A DNA stretch of 63,980 nucleotides, the filler included, from Octopus bimaculoides (lineage: Eukaryota), in assembly GCF_001194135.2 (NCBI RefSeq). It is 4 parts of 4 records of this genome, joined end to end, with 100 filler letters (N's around TTAATTAATTAA, not from the genome) between each part and the next. Parts side by side here need not be neighbours in the genome. Positions count along the whole stretch, not along the records: positions 36,089 to 50,350 come from NC_068983.1; positions 50,451 to 63,980 come from NC_068984.1; 2 more parts are not named here. One strand, given 5' to 3'. Shown here one piece after another: positions 48,610 through 60,951 of the stretch. Within the stretch, counting starts at the first letter, position 1. Every line of letters begins with the position of its first letter. The notes beneath the pieces are model-generated. The model was not told the origin of the DNA and searched no databases. It worked only from the letters and a program-made list of their open reading frames with translations. A program made the position numbers and the translations under genes.

Positions 48610-48830
48610 TTGTTATAGCAAATATTCTGCTCAATTCCACAGAATTGCTAAACGTTTGCTTAACCTTTAACATTTAACCTGCCCCTTAGTGGCTGACAAT
48701 ATGTGCCTCTTTGGTCATGAGCAGGAGTAATGCGGGAGAATTATAGCCATGTGTCAGGAAGGATACTTTGGGGCTTAAATAAAGACAAGAAAACAGAGTT
48801 TGAAGGAAATATTAGCCATTTTCCCTTAGC
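48610..48830 (+). mobile_element. Old, diverged internal fragment of family B
   Basis: TAGCAAATATTCTGCTCAAT.CCACAGA..CCCTTAGTGGCTGACAATATGTGC..ATAGCCATGTGT match the reverse complement of 9930-10075. Confidence 0.7.
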
Positions 48831-49548
48831 AAGTAGGAAATAACAGTTTCTACTCAAGGACAAAAACCGTGTTACACAGTGTAATGAAAGACGATAGGGC
48901 CTTCATCATCTCTTTCATTTTCGAACCATTGTTTTGGTCTTTATTTGTAATATAATTCATATTTAAAAAGAAATGGTTTTGGAGCATTCACTATTTCTAA
49001 TAAATCTAGTGATCCCGTAGAAGCGCATTCATGAGCTATAATAACTCTTTTGTTATTTTTTTCCCTTAAGCCTTCTTTGCGTGCAATTGGGTAGTCCTGT
49101 GATGAGCATACTTCCAGCTGTAAACAGACACCGGGTGTTTTCTGACGTAGCAATCTAAGTTACAGTGTCTAAGTTACATATGTCATGCACAAAATGGAAA
49201 TATACGAAATAAAACGGAACATAATTTAATTTTAGCACTCTCGCGTACTGGAAATTATATATTCTCTTTGTTTGATAAATCAATTAAACTCTAATAAATT
49301 GTGACCAACCAAAATATAATGTACATATGATATACACTTCCATTTCTTCATCCAGGATGGAGGAGTAAAGACAAATATCATTAGTGCATATAAACAATGA
49401 ATGTCATTATACTGAGCAGAAAACGGACCGACACAAAGCTTTTACGTACTTACCACCTCACAATTGCTCTGATGCAGTTAAAATAAATATCATATATCTA
49501 TATACATACATACGTACATACATATACATGCATAAACCTCCCACATAA

Positions 49549-49596
<48 letters not shown>

Positions 49597-50350
49597 CGAA
49601 CTACATATTATGTAAAAGCCATGGAAGTGAATGATAGGAATGTGTGTGTTTTCATAAAATTAGGTCTGAGAAACGTTATGTTTATGCGGTTTGTGTAAAT
49701 GTGGTTCAAGATGTAAACGCAGTGACTGTCAGTTGTTTGTTTAACCATGATTAAATGTGACTTATGTTTATATCTCTGCGTAATAAATGTGTGAAATGCA
49801 AATATATGAACAGTGACATTTGAGTTTATTATACAAACATATATGGCTTTACTTCCTAGCGAGCATATTTCTATGAAGTAACTCAGTCAGTTGATAATGA
49901 AATAAACGGAATACTTTATTTTAATTATTATGTAATGTGTTGTCATATTTGTTTTGTTGTGTTCTCTTGATAAGCTATAATTGTGATAGATAACGTTTAA
50001 TAGATAAATGTTGAGTAGGTCATTCTTTTGTATGACGATAACAAGTAAAATTATTATCCATGCTTATAATTCGTACATTCCATACTGCTGTGTTTGATAA
50101 CTATGATGGATCTCACAATGCGAAGACGACAGGTAGTACGCAACTGCTGATAGGTACAGAGATGTAGAGCTAATTATCAACTGGTGCACAAGCTGTTGAT
50201 ATATAGCAGATGCTCCATTCAAAAAAAATCATCATGGAGTTTGATGCCATGTTCATATAAGGCTGTTCACAATCAGACCGTAGGTAGTGGGAATTCAATT
50301 GTAAGTGCTTTCTCTGCGCATTATTGGGACGTCATGTCTGCTGAGATCGG

Positions 50351-50450
50351 NNNNNNNNNNNNNNNNNNNNNNNNNNNNNNNNNNNNNNNNNNNNTTAATT
50401 AATTAANNNNNNNNNNNNNNNNNNNNNNNNNNNNNNNNNNNNNNNNNNNN
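50351..50450. other. Artificial 100-bp scaffold spacer
   Basis: 44N-TTAATTAATTAA-44N. Confidence 0.95.
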
Positions 50451-50464
50451 GTGTGTACGTGTTT

Positions 50465-50521
<57 letters not shown>

Positions 50522-50656
50522 AGACTATTTGAATATATGATGTAATTTTAAAAACGCAATAATATTTGAATGAAACTGGTTTTCGGAAATGAATAAGTTG
50601 CTGAAGTGAGGAAACGCGAATGGAAGAAAATCAAATACATCACCGGCATAATATCA

Positions 50657-51050
50657 AACGCGTGTGGGTAGCGATTATGTGGTTGCACTCACGATCACAA
50701 GTTCGTTGTTTCGATTCCTAGGCAGCGCGATGTATCGTGGTCTTGAGCAAGTCACTTTATTTCACGTTGCTCCAGGCCATTCAGGTGTATAGGAGAAAAC
50801 CTGCACCGGACGGACGTCCCTTCCAGTCACTTATACGCCACGGAAAGGGGGTAACCGCGGTATAAACTGGCACTCAGTCGGTTACGACGAAGAGTGCTCC
50901 AGTTGATCCGATCAACAGAATAGGCTACTCGTAAATTTACCGTGCAAATGGCTGGGACATGCATAATTTTATATTGTAGTTCGGATGGAAGATCAGCGCG
51001 ACAGAATATGACAAGGCTGGACCCCGGAATGTGACAAGGCTGGCCCTTAC
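50657..51050 (+). mobile_element. CORE-like tRNA SINE family D (diverged)
   Basis: B-box-like GTTTCGATTCC, CORE-like CTTGAGCAAGTCACTTTATTTCAC, and a 3' block GATCCGATCAAC..GTGACAAGGCTGGCCC shared with 54521-54691. Confidence 0.7.
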
Positions 51051-51057
51051 GGTTAAC

Positions 51058-51199
51058 GCTCATTTTTGCCAGTTGATTGGACTGGGGTAACATGAAATAA
51101 AGTGTCTCGCTCAAGGCCACAACGCACCGTCAGGAATCGAACTCACGATCTTACGACCGTAAGCCGAATACCCTGACCCCTAGAAACACGCGCCTTCAC
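51058..51199 (-). mobile_element. tRNA head and CORE block of SINE family D
   Basis: Reverse complement reads GGGTATTCGGCTTACGGTCGTAAGATCGTGAGTTCGATTCC..CTTGAGCGAGACACTTTATTTCATG. Confidence 0.78.
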
Positions 51200-52139
51200 T
51201 AAAAGGTGACACGAGACAGTCTTCTTTTTCGGAAATAATAATGATGGATATACAAATTGATTCAGTTAATGCGTTCTTATCAAAGAGATCGCCTTTAAGA
51301 ATATCAAATAAATGAAACTCGTGACTACAACGTTTCTCGAATATTGATGTCTACGTGCTTTGGACTCGATATAACAGAAAATATACGAAGAACAACATTT
51401 TTGAGAATATTCTAATATTGTGGAATACAGGTGTCAGTTATAAAATGTTCAATCTTTTCTGAAATGAACCAGGAGACGCTTCCACGTAGAATTGCGATTC
51501 TAGTGAAGGCAGACGTCACATCTAACTGACAAAAGGAATCGAAAATATATCCATCATCAAAAGTACAAATACCACTGGTATCGGCAAATATGGAAGTATA
51601 ACATTTTTGTCAAAGACATAAAATGCTTTTTTTCATGCGTTGTTCGAACAGAATGCTATGACAGCATAGCTATCTGAATATCATTATGTGTGAGGAATGT
51701 AAAACAGTAAACAGTGAATAAACACAGCAGGAAAATGAATATAACAGGAAGAGAATATAATGATAAACAATCCACTGCATAAATTGGATTATCATTTGAA
51801 TATAAAGCATCGGTGCGGTAAAGAGAGTTGCAATAAAATGGATTTACTACAGAATAGAGTGGAGGAAATAGATCGCCATTTTATAGGTTACGTATATTAG
51901 CAAAGTACTTCAGTGGATATTAAGTCTTGAAATAAAAACGAGTCGACGACAGAGGCAGTACATGGTCGTTTTAGTGCTAGAAATACCAAACACATAACTG
52001 TATACATTCGCATCTAAATACCTCATTCACAGGACCAATTTGGTCACTAAATATTTATAATATATAAGAAGTTAATTAGCTGCTTTGTATAAAATAAACT
52101 TTGCAAATGAGTCTATCTGATTCAAACTTTCGTATATTC

Positions 52140-52290
52140 TTTTACTTGTTTCAGCCATACGACAGCAGTCATATTGATACATGGCTAAAACGGGCTTCGT
52201 CAGTAAACGAACGACCCCAGTATTTATTATTTTAACTCTTGCATTTACTCTAGTACCTCTTGCCGATCCTCTACTGAACGACTCGCATTT
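52140..52290 (-). mobile_element. Old SINE family C 3' remnant
   Basis: TTTACTTGTTTCAGCCAT..GACCCCAG..TTGCCGA resemble the reverse of the family C tail. Confidence 0.5.
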
Positions 52291-52582
52291 GCTAATGTTC
52301 TCTTTAACCGGGCAACCGAGCTACCTGCAATGTCTTCATGGTCACACGTTACATAGCCCTGATTTCCTCCACATATCGCCAGCAAATTATGATTATTACG
52401 CAAACCTTGACTTCCTGAAATGTCTGCTGAGTTACGAAATTACATAAATTCTTTATAGATTTTCTTTTCTTCTTCTTCTTTATTTCTATATTGTATTTAT
52501 TGTATTTCATGTAGATATATATCAAGGTTAGCCACGTTATCTATTTCTACTACCTCCTTCTATATGTATATATATATATAAT

Positions 52583-52699
52583 CTTTTACTCTTTTTCTCT
52601 TTTGCCGAACCGCTAAGTTACGGGGACGTAAACACACCAGCATCGGTTGTCAAGCGATTTTGGGGGGACACGCACAGACACACAAATATAAACACACTC

Positions 52700-52754
<55 letters not shown>

Positions 52755-52860
52755 CATATACGACGGGCTTCTTTCAGTTTTCGTCTACCAAATCCCGAGG
52801 CTATAGTAGAAGACACTTGCCCAAAGTGCCACGCAGTGGGACTGAACACGCAACCATTCC
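52583..52860 (-). mobile_element. CORE-like SINE family C with internal (TA)n(TG)n
   Basis: Reverse complement reads GTTCAGTCCCACTGCGTGGCACTTTGGGCAAGTGTCTTCT (B-box plus CORE-like block), AACTGAAAGAAGCCCGTCGT, a microsatellite, then TTGACAACCGATGCTGGTGTGTTTACG. Confidence 0.85.
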
Positions 52861-53462
52861 TATGCCTATATATATATATACAAGTAGGTGTGCATGTGTG
52901 TGTGAGAGAGAGTGAAAGAAAGAAAGAGAGAGAGAAAAAGAGAGAGAGAGAAAAAGAGAGAGAGAGAAAAAGAGAGAGAGAAAAAGAGAGAGAGAATCTG
53001 AAACGCTGTTCCAACAAGAGGAAAACTTAGATCAAGCAATTTACGGAACCTTAAAATCCGTACAGTTTCTACGCCATCGAGTGCTCCTCTCTCTCGCTTA
53101 TTTCATTGTTTCTTTTTTTCCCTACTTCCTATTCTAGTGATTTGCCAAACGTCCATTTCTATGCATAGCTAATAGCTTGATATATTCACAATAATCTTTC
53201 AAATTGAAATGAAGATTCTTTTCTAGATTCCATCGTATCAAGACAGTCAATTAATGCATAAATTAAGAACGCCTGAAATGTGTGTGCAACCGATCAAATA
53301 GCAGGCTGGTTGTATAGCGTTTTTTTTTTTTATCATCACATCATTTTTATGCCTTGTAAATATCGCAGCCATCCTAGGTGATAAATAATGATGCATTACT
53401 GACCAAATTTTCCATGAATCATATGTGTGTATTTATACGTATATATGCATCTATGCGTTCGT

Positions 53463-53522
<60 letters not shown>

Positions 53523-53762
53523 TATAAACAAACCCGGAAGGCTTTGTCAGTTACGAAGAGAACGCTAGTGGGATAATCACTGTATGTATTAGGTAAATTT
53601 GATTGAAATACATGGGTGAACGTCTGGCCAAACGGATGTACAAGGAGCCGTGAAAGCGTTGATTTGTCGGTTCGATTCTGCCAGAGGTTAGCTCCATTAT
53701 TTTGGGGTCATTTGTTTGTAGTTAGAAATTGTCGCTTGAAATCGAAAAATAAATATATATAT

Positions 53763-53797
<35 letters not shown>

Positions 53798-54520
53798 CAC
53801 ACACATATCCATATACATATATATATATATATATATATACATATATATATAAAAAAATAAGCAACACGGATTTCAAAGGTGATTGCAGTACGCACGTTTC
53901 ATCCTACTCCAATTTATTTAAGTAATGCGAGCATTACATTAAATGCAATATGAAGAGCAATCTTCAGTTGCATGAAAATGCAGAAAATTACTGTAGAAAA
54001 GACATATTATAAATGTGGCAACATTTCAAATCCAAGTGGGAGAGAGAATACATAAAAATCCAAATGTGAGGAAGAATNNNNNNNNNNNNNNNNNNNNNNN
54101 NNNNNNNNNNNNNNNNNNNNNNNNNNNNNNNNNNNNNNNNNNNNNNNNNNNNNNNNNNNNNNNNNNNNNNNNNNNNNNNNNNNNNNNNNNNNNNNNNNNN
54201 NNNNNNNNNNNNNNNNNNNNNNNNNNNNNNNNNNNNNNNNNNNNNNNNNNNNNNNNNNNNNNNNNNNNNNNNNNNNNNNNNNNNNNNNNNNNNNNNNNNN
54301 NNNNNNNNNNNNNNNNNNNNNNNNNNNNNNNNNNNNNNNNNNNNNNNNNNNNNNNNNNNNNNNNNNNNNNNNNNNNNNNNNNNNNNNNNNNNNNNNNNNN
54401 NNNNNNNNNNNNNNNNNNNNNNNNNNNNNNNNNNNNNNNNNNNNNNNNNNNNNNNNNNNNNNNNNNNNNNNNNNNNNNNNNNNNNNNNNNNNNNNNNNNN
54501 NNNNNNNNNNNNNNNNNNNA

Positions 54521-54691
54521 AAGGGCCAGCCTTGTCACACTCTGTGTCACGCTGAATATCCCCGAGAACTACATTAAGGGTACAGGTGTCTGTGGAGTGC
54601 TCAGCCACTTGCACGTTAATTTCACGAGCAGGCTGTTCCGTTGATCGGATAAAGTGGAACCCTCGTCGTCGTAAGCGACGAGTGCCAACAT
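54521..54691 (-). mobile_element. SINE family D 3' block
   Basis: Reverse complement aligns with 50865-51050. Confidence 0.78.
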
Positions 54692-55224
54692 TGCTATGTA
54701 TTGCAAAAATAAGTAGGTTTCTTTCTCCACCATTTTAAACTACACAAGGGAATGCATGAAAAACAAAATAGGAATTTTGAAAGAAGTTTCTATAAAACTA
54801 ATTTTTAAACATCGAATGGTTCTGGGGCAGAGTCAACCAGAATAAAATAGTAATCAAAGAGGTTTATAGATTTTTAAAATGGCTGAGAGCACTTGGGTTA
54901 AATCCTTCAGAGAGTACCCCAGCATTGCTGCACTTCAATGACTGAAACATGCAAAAGATAAAAGGTAGTTACAACATCTGATATTTAAACGGATCGCCTA
55001 TTATAATTTTAAAAAAACTTCATCAATCTTAATATTTACCACTGCCCATGTTCTCCCTATATTTGGTACCTAGCTTCAATTCCAAAACGACAAGAACCAC
55101 AGACATGTATGTATGTACATATATATAGGTAAATGATAGGCTAGCCTCAATCCTTCAGGAGTAGTCTGAAGCATTCAAGCAATATATAGCTTGTTTCTTG
55201 GTATATTGATAAATAGATTAATAC

Positions 55225-55442
55225 ATTCTTTTCTACTCTAGACACAAGGCGCAAAATTTTGGGGGAAAGAGCCCGTCGATTAGATCGACCCCAGTACGCA
55301 ACTGCTACTTAATTTATCAACCCCGAAACGATTAAAGGCAAAGTCGACCTTGGCGAAATTTGATCTCAAACGGTAAAGGCAGACGAAATACCGCTAAGCA
55401 TTTCGCCTGGCGCGTTACCGTTTCTTCCAGCTCGCCGCCTTA
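55225..55442 (-). mobile_element. SINE family A, tail type ii
   Basis: Full-length reverse copy. Confidence 0.92.
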
Positions 55443-56259
55443 AAATATTCATATATTAATATACTTTATTCATCTTCATTNNNNNNNNNNNNNNNNNNNN
55501 NNNNNNNNNNNNNNNNNNNNNNNNNNNNNNNNNNNNNNNNNNNNNNNNNNNNNNNNNNNNNNNNNNNNNNNNNNNNNNNNNNNNNNNNNNNNNNNNNNNN
55601 NNNNNNNNNNNNNNNNNNNNNNNNNNNNNNNNNNNNNNNNNNNNNNNNNNNNNNNNNNNNNNNNNNNNNNNNNNNNNNNNNNNNNNNNNNNNNNNNNNNN
55701 NNNNNNNNNNNNNNNNNNNNNNNNNNNNNNNNNNNNNNNNNNNNNNNNNNNNNNNNNNNNNNNNNNNNNNNNNNNNNNNNNNNNNNNNNNNNNNNNNNNN
55801 NNNNNNNNNNNNNNNNNNNNNNNNNNNNNNNNNNNNNNNNNNNNNNNNNNNNNNNNNNNNNNNNNNNNNNNNNNNNNNNNNNNNNNNNNNNNNNNNNNNN
55901 NNNNNNNNNNNNNNNNNNNNNNNNNNNNNNNNNTATGTATGTATGCATTTATGTATGTATGTACGTATATATATTAACGTTTGTTTTTATGTTATAATAA
56001 AAGCAATTTGACATTAATTTGATGGAATTCTCTATATTTTTATTATTCCTATACAAGAATACTGTTGACAGTGACTTCGAAGTTTTGCCAGCCATGATGA
56101 TATATCAATCTGCTTCCTTCACCAATGCTGTTCGTATTGGTCCTGATTAATATCTAGATATAAACGCATTGTGGAAACGTTATTTTTTGCATTATAAATA
56201 TTTCTCTGATGAAATTTTAATAGCAAATTCGTTACATGCATACACACATACATACACAT

Positions 56260-56816
56260 ATCGACCCCGAAAGGATGAGAGGCAACGTCGAGCTCAGCGG
56301 AATTCGAACTCAGAACGTAAAGACAGACAAAACACTACTAAGCATTTCGCCCGGCGTGCTAACTTTTATCTTTATTTTTGCTATAATATTTTCTACTCTA
56401 GGCACAAGGCCCGAAATTTTGGGGGAGAGGGCCAGTCGATTAGATAGACTCCAGTACGCAACCGGTACTTAATATATCGACCCCGAAAGGATGAAAGGCA
56501 AAGTCGACCTCGGCGAAATTTGAACTCAGAACGTAACGGCAGACGAAATACCGCTAAGCATTTCGCCCGGCGTACTAACGTTTCTTCCAGCTCACCACCT
56601 ATAATCTTTATTTTTGCTATTATCTTTTCTACTCTAAACACAAGTCGTGAAATTAGCGGGGAGAGGGCCAGTCGACTAGATTTTCCCCAGTACGCAACCG
56701 GTACTTAATATATCGACCCCGAAAGGATGAAACGCAAAGTCGACCTCGGCGGAATTTGAACTCAGAACGTAAAGACAGATGAAATACCGCTAAGCATTTC
56801 GCACGGCGTGCTAACG
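56260..56816 (-). mobile_element. Tandem array of three SINE family A units
   Basis: Units at about 56260-56363, 56378-56600 and 56615-56816; period about 236 bp. Confidence 0.92.
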
Positions 56817-58701
56817 TGACGTTTCAAATATAATACAATGCTAAAGCAATAGGGGAGGAAAAGTAAAAGGGTGATTGACATTGAAGCGGCTGGGAAATAG
56901 AGTATAATGGGAGAGAAATAGGAGAGGCGGTCGATAAAGTTTAGAAGAAATGGGAGGCATTAAATAGTGTGTTACAGGATATGTTTTATAATTCCATGTC
57001 TTGATTATGGACCGTGTTGAGGTTATCACGGATTGATCTCTGACAACGCGTGTCGGTGATCAGTCAAAAATTCTACTTGAACCGTAAAAGTCCAGAATGT
57101 TCAGGACACTTTGTGGTCTCGGAACGATGTCTCTTTTTCCCATATTGTCTATTTTTCATTAATCACTGATACCTTCAACACCGTTTTTTAAACCAAACGT
57201 CCGTGATAAACGAGTATAAATGCATTATTCAAGTGGTGCTGTACAAAGATATTATGCTGCATATTCTAATACAACTTACAGAATGTAATATTACCGTTCC
57301 CGTGATATTACTGCAGTTTCATAATCCTCTACGGTTTCAATTTCCAGCAATATCTTCATTTTGCACTATATTATTAAATTCAGCTTACAACAGTTATTTT
57401 ATTTCCCAATATGGTACAAATTGCTGTTTACGGTAATATCTACAGCAGACATTGCGCTATAGTGTGAACTTCGCATCAAATATTTTACAGCATTTTCCTA
57501 ATATGATAAAAGTTACAGAATACTGCAGGTGAACCTAATACTGAATGATGAAACATATATATTAGATGGGCATTTAATATAAAACTCCCTTAGGACAACA
57601 TTATTGTATGTACTTCGGATATAATAAAATATCCTACGTTAATAAGTAGTTATTCTAAGATTCTCCTGTTCTTAATTCTACTCAAAGCTTAATGCAGTTA
57701 GTTACAAGTTAATTCAGTCTTTCGTAAATAACTGGATGAGGTGACTGACAAATGACAGGCAACAAATGAGAAAATATTGAACTCTCACCTTTTCAATATG
57801 AAGGGAAGTATTGCATCACTTGGGATTAAATACATTATTGGCATTATAGTGATACGTTGCCATAGTTCTGTCAGTAAGTACCAATCAATACAAATGGAAT
57901 CGACTTTTGGGGTTAGTCCAAGCGGGCATAATCCGAAAGGAATAAGCTGTTTTGAAAATTATGTACGATAATTAATATCTTTCCTGTCGTCTCGAAAATG
58001 GTATCATATATCCAGAAACTCCATCTGTCAAGTGTTTCAAAGCTTATGTTACAGTAGATACTTCCTTTTGGTAGTTATGATTTTTCTTTNNNNNNNNNNT
58101 TTTTTTTTTTTTTTTGTATTTCAGGAGGGTCATTATGCCAGTAATAAACACATGTAGTGTTTCTCTTTCACTTTTTATTATTATTCAACAAAAGGTTAAC
58201 CATTTAACTAATTAGCTAATCGACTGTTTGATTAATGACACGGTTAGTCAATTAACCAGCAATGTCCGTCAAAGCCATTTCGTCGCCATTCCCGTTCTCT
58301 TCAATGCCATTGCCTTCTCTACTACAGTTCAGATTTAAATCTGTAAGATTATTTCCTTACAAATATATCCAATACAATCGAAGGCCTTCGTACAGAATTA
58401 GTAAATTCGCATGTAACGACTTAACGATAGATCCTAGTCTTATTCAAATGTAACATTGTTTCTATTTAAACCGCCATTATTCTCCGTAAACACATTCTTT
58501 ATATGCTGCATTCATTAGTTTGTATACTGCATCACTATAAAACTTCATGTTGATGAAGAATCGGAAACATCTCACATGCATCAATAATGGTGATTGTTAA
58601 TTAGTTTCGCTAGTATTCCTGTATTGAAACTTTTTCGTATATAGTCTGCTGAAAAAGGTATTTTAGCTTTGTCATTCTTCATTAATATATGTACTACCTT
58701 C

Positions 58702-58918
58702 AAGGGGCGAGCAGACAGAATCGTTAGCACGCCGCGAAAAAAACTTAGCAGCATTCCGTCCGGCTATCGGTTCTAAGTTCAAATTGCGCCGAGATCAATT
58801 TAGCTTTCCACCCTTTAATGGTCGATAAATTAATTGCCAGTTCATCAATGGGGTCGATGTAATCGACTTACCACTTCCCCGAAATTGCTCGCTTTGTGCC
58901 GCAGTTTCGAACCAATAT
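58702..58918 (+). mobile_element. Diverged SINE family A, tail type iii
   Basis: CAGAATCGTTAGCACGCC..AAGTTCAAATTGCGCC..GGGGTCGATGTAATCGACTT. Confidence 0.8.
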
Positions 58919-59159
58919 ATTTATTAGCTTCGCAAACAGCATTGACGTTTTACCTATTTAAATCCAAGACTTGTTTTCTATTCTCTGAGAATATTCTGAA
59001 TGACTAAGCAAAAAGATATCATTGTTTCCAGAATGGTATAAGGATTGGAGTTCATTGTAAAATGTCAAGCCATCATTCACCAACTCAGTAGAAATACTAG
59101 TTGTTGCGTCGACGGTACGTTTCAATATCCAAAAGGTTATTATTACTATTATTATTGTT

Positions 59160-59232
59160 CAGGACACTGCTTGGAATCGAACTCGCAATCTTGTGGCTAG
59201 TAGCCCGCGCTCTTAGCCAATACATCATATGC
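59160..59232 (-). mobile_element. Short tRNA-like module with (AAT)n tail
   Basis: Reverse complement GTATTGGCTAAGAGCGCGGGCTACTAGCCACAAGATTGCGAGTTCGATTCCA carries A- and B-box-like motifs, followed by AAT repeats. Confidence 0.55.
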
Positions 59233-59264
59233 TCTTGAGCAAGTATGGAGTGAATTTTAGGTCT

Positions 59265-59670
59265 TATAAATCTAATATTTTCATATTCTTCTTTAATACC
59301 GGTTCCCATATGCTATTCATATCTGCACTCGGTCGGCTTAGGAGGTTGTTGTGTCCTAACATATGTGCTGCTTCTTTAGTTTTCGTACTGTTATTTTAAT
59401 TTCATCCCACATGGGGTCTCCATTTTTCCATACATGATCAGCTATAACCGATTTATCAATATCTCCTCGTGTCACAGCTTTGCGATATTCCTCTACCCTT
59501 ATTTTGAGGAGGCGAAATGTTTCGCCTTTGTATAACCTAGCACAGCTGCATGGGATGGAGTACACGCAGTCTTTTGTCATATTCTCTTTTATTGGTGGTT
59601 TCACTCGAAGGAGATATTTGCGAAGTGTTGTATTACTCTTGAATACTGTCCTGATGTAATTCAATCCTGG
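59265..59670 (-). mobile_element. Penelope-like element GIY-YIG endonuclease / C-terminal fragment
   Basis: IRTVFKSNTTLRKYLLRVKP..CVYSIPCSCARLYKGETFRLLKIRVEEYRKAV..KSVIADHVW..WDEIKI../KEAAHM..LSRPS..IWEPVL fits the PLE VYxIPC.C...YIGET.R.L..R..EH pattern. Confidence 0.9.
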
Positions 59671-59765
59671 TCAAACCTGACATTTATAAAAGAGCATCTT
59701 CCGACCGGAAATAATATGACCGTATTTGATGGTATATGACATGTTGGGTCTAGATTGCTTCAAAT

Positions 59766-59910
59766 ATTGGTTTCAAATTTCGGTACAAGGCCAGCAATTT
59801 TGAGGTAGAACAAAATTGACTACATCGCTCCCTATATTCAACTAGTGAATATTTTATCAACCTTGAAAGGGATGAATGGCAAAGTCGATTGTGTCAGCTC
59901 ACTGCCTTAA
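59766..59910 (-). mobile_element. Old SINE family A with internal deletion
   Basis: TTTCAAATTTCGGTACAAGGCCAGCAAT..GGATGAATGGCAAAGTCGA..CAGCTCACTGCCTT. Confidence 0.7.
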
Positions 59911-60058
59911 AGATTACTTTAAACAGTACCTCTAGAACCTTTATTTTTCCTGAATATGGGCTACTGAGATTAGATGCGGTGAATTAGGTGCCCGTGTCTC
60001 TTCTGTCCCTCAATTACGATATTCTTGCTTCTGAAAATAGAAGAAAATCCATTGATAA

Positions 60059-60440
60059 CAGGAGGTATCCAAAAGAAACCGGAATTTTGCAATGTTATTT
60101 TATTCACTTAGTATTACATGTTTACACTTTTATCGCCTTCAAAGTATTCTCCACTTGATGCAATGCATTCGTCCAGACATGTTTTCTACTGTTGGAAGCA
60201 GCGCTGGAAGTCTTACGAATCGATGCATTTTAACGCCTCCGTGGTTTTTTTCCTCACCTCTTCCACATCTGCAAATTCCGGAGCACCAGCTTTCGTTACC
60301 AGCGATGACCTTCGAAAAAGGTCCGGATCACCTTCCAACTGTTCCTTCTGTTCACGGCACGCATTCAGTCGTGACTGTTTTTGATCTTCCGCGACCAAGC
60401 GAGGCACTAATTTTGCTGCAATCTTTACATTCGTATGCAT
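60059..60440 (-). mobile_element. Internally deleted mariner fragment (second subfamily)
   Basis: KIAAKLVPRLVAEDQKQSRLNACREQKEQL../SKVIAGNESWC // FADVEEVRKKTTEALK..DFQRCFQQ*KTCLDECIASSGEYFEGD. TIR-like GGAGGTATCCAAAAGAAACCGGAAT. Confidence 0.88.
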
Positions 60441-60887
60441 TTATTGAAAATATTATTGATGTATTTCCAAATTATGTGGCATTTAAATTTTTAAAGAGTG
60501 GCTTGTTAAACCACAAGCGTTTATAATTATGATTTAGTTATTCTATTTGGTAAAGTCTATGGAAATGGTACTACTAATGCAAAATACAGAACGTTCCTTT
60601 GTCACAAACACTGTTCTGCATCGAAGCGTAAATTAATTAACTTACAACTGGAAAAGTCTTCTACCAGACTTAATCCTGATTAATGCCTCTTTATATAATA
60701 TAAGAATGTCAAAATCCATATTCACACATATATTTAGTAAAATAAGGATAAATATATTTTTATTAAGGATTCGTCTAGAAGTGATATCTATCTTAATTAG
60801 TGAATTACATTTTCATTTATCACATAACTCACATGTTTTGTGCGTATTTTCTCTATGTGTGCGTATCTTATGTTGGAGTACGCAGAT

Positions 60888-60951
60888 GTGTATATGTGTA
60901 CGTGTGTATATGTGTACGTGTGTATATGTGTACGTGTGTATATGTGTACGT
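60888..60951. repeat. 16-bp minisatellite x4 (GTGTATATGTGTACGT)
   Basis: Four exact units. Confidence 0.93.

Noticed and set aside
53628-53690. tRNA gene (TGGCCAAACGG ... GGTTCGATTC)
   Set aside because: A- and B-box-like motifs are present but there is no acceptor or anticodon stem; at best a decayed SINE head.
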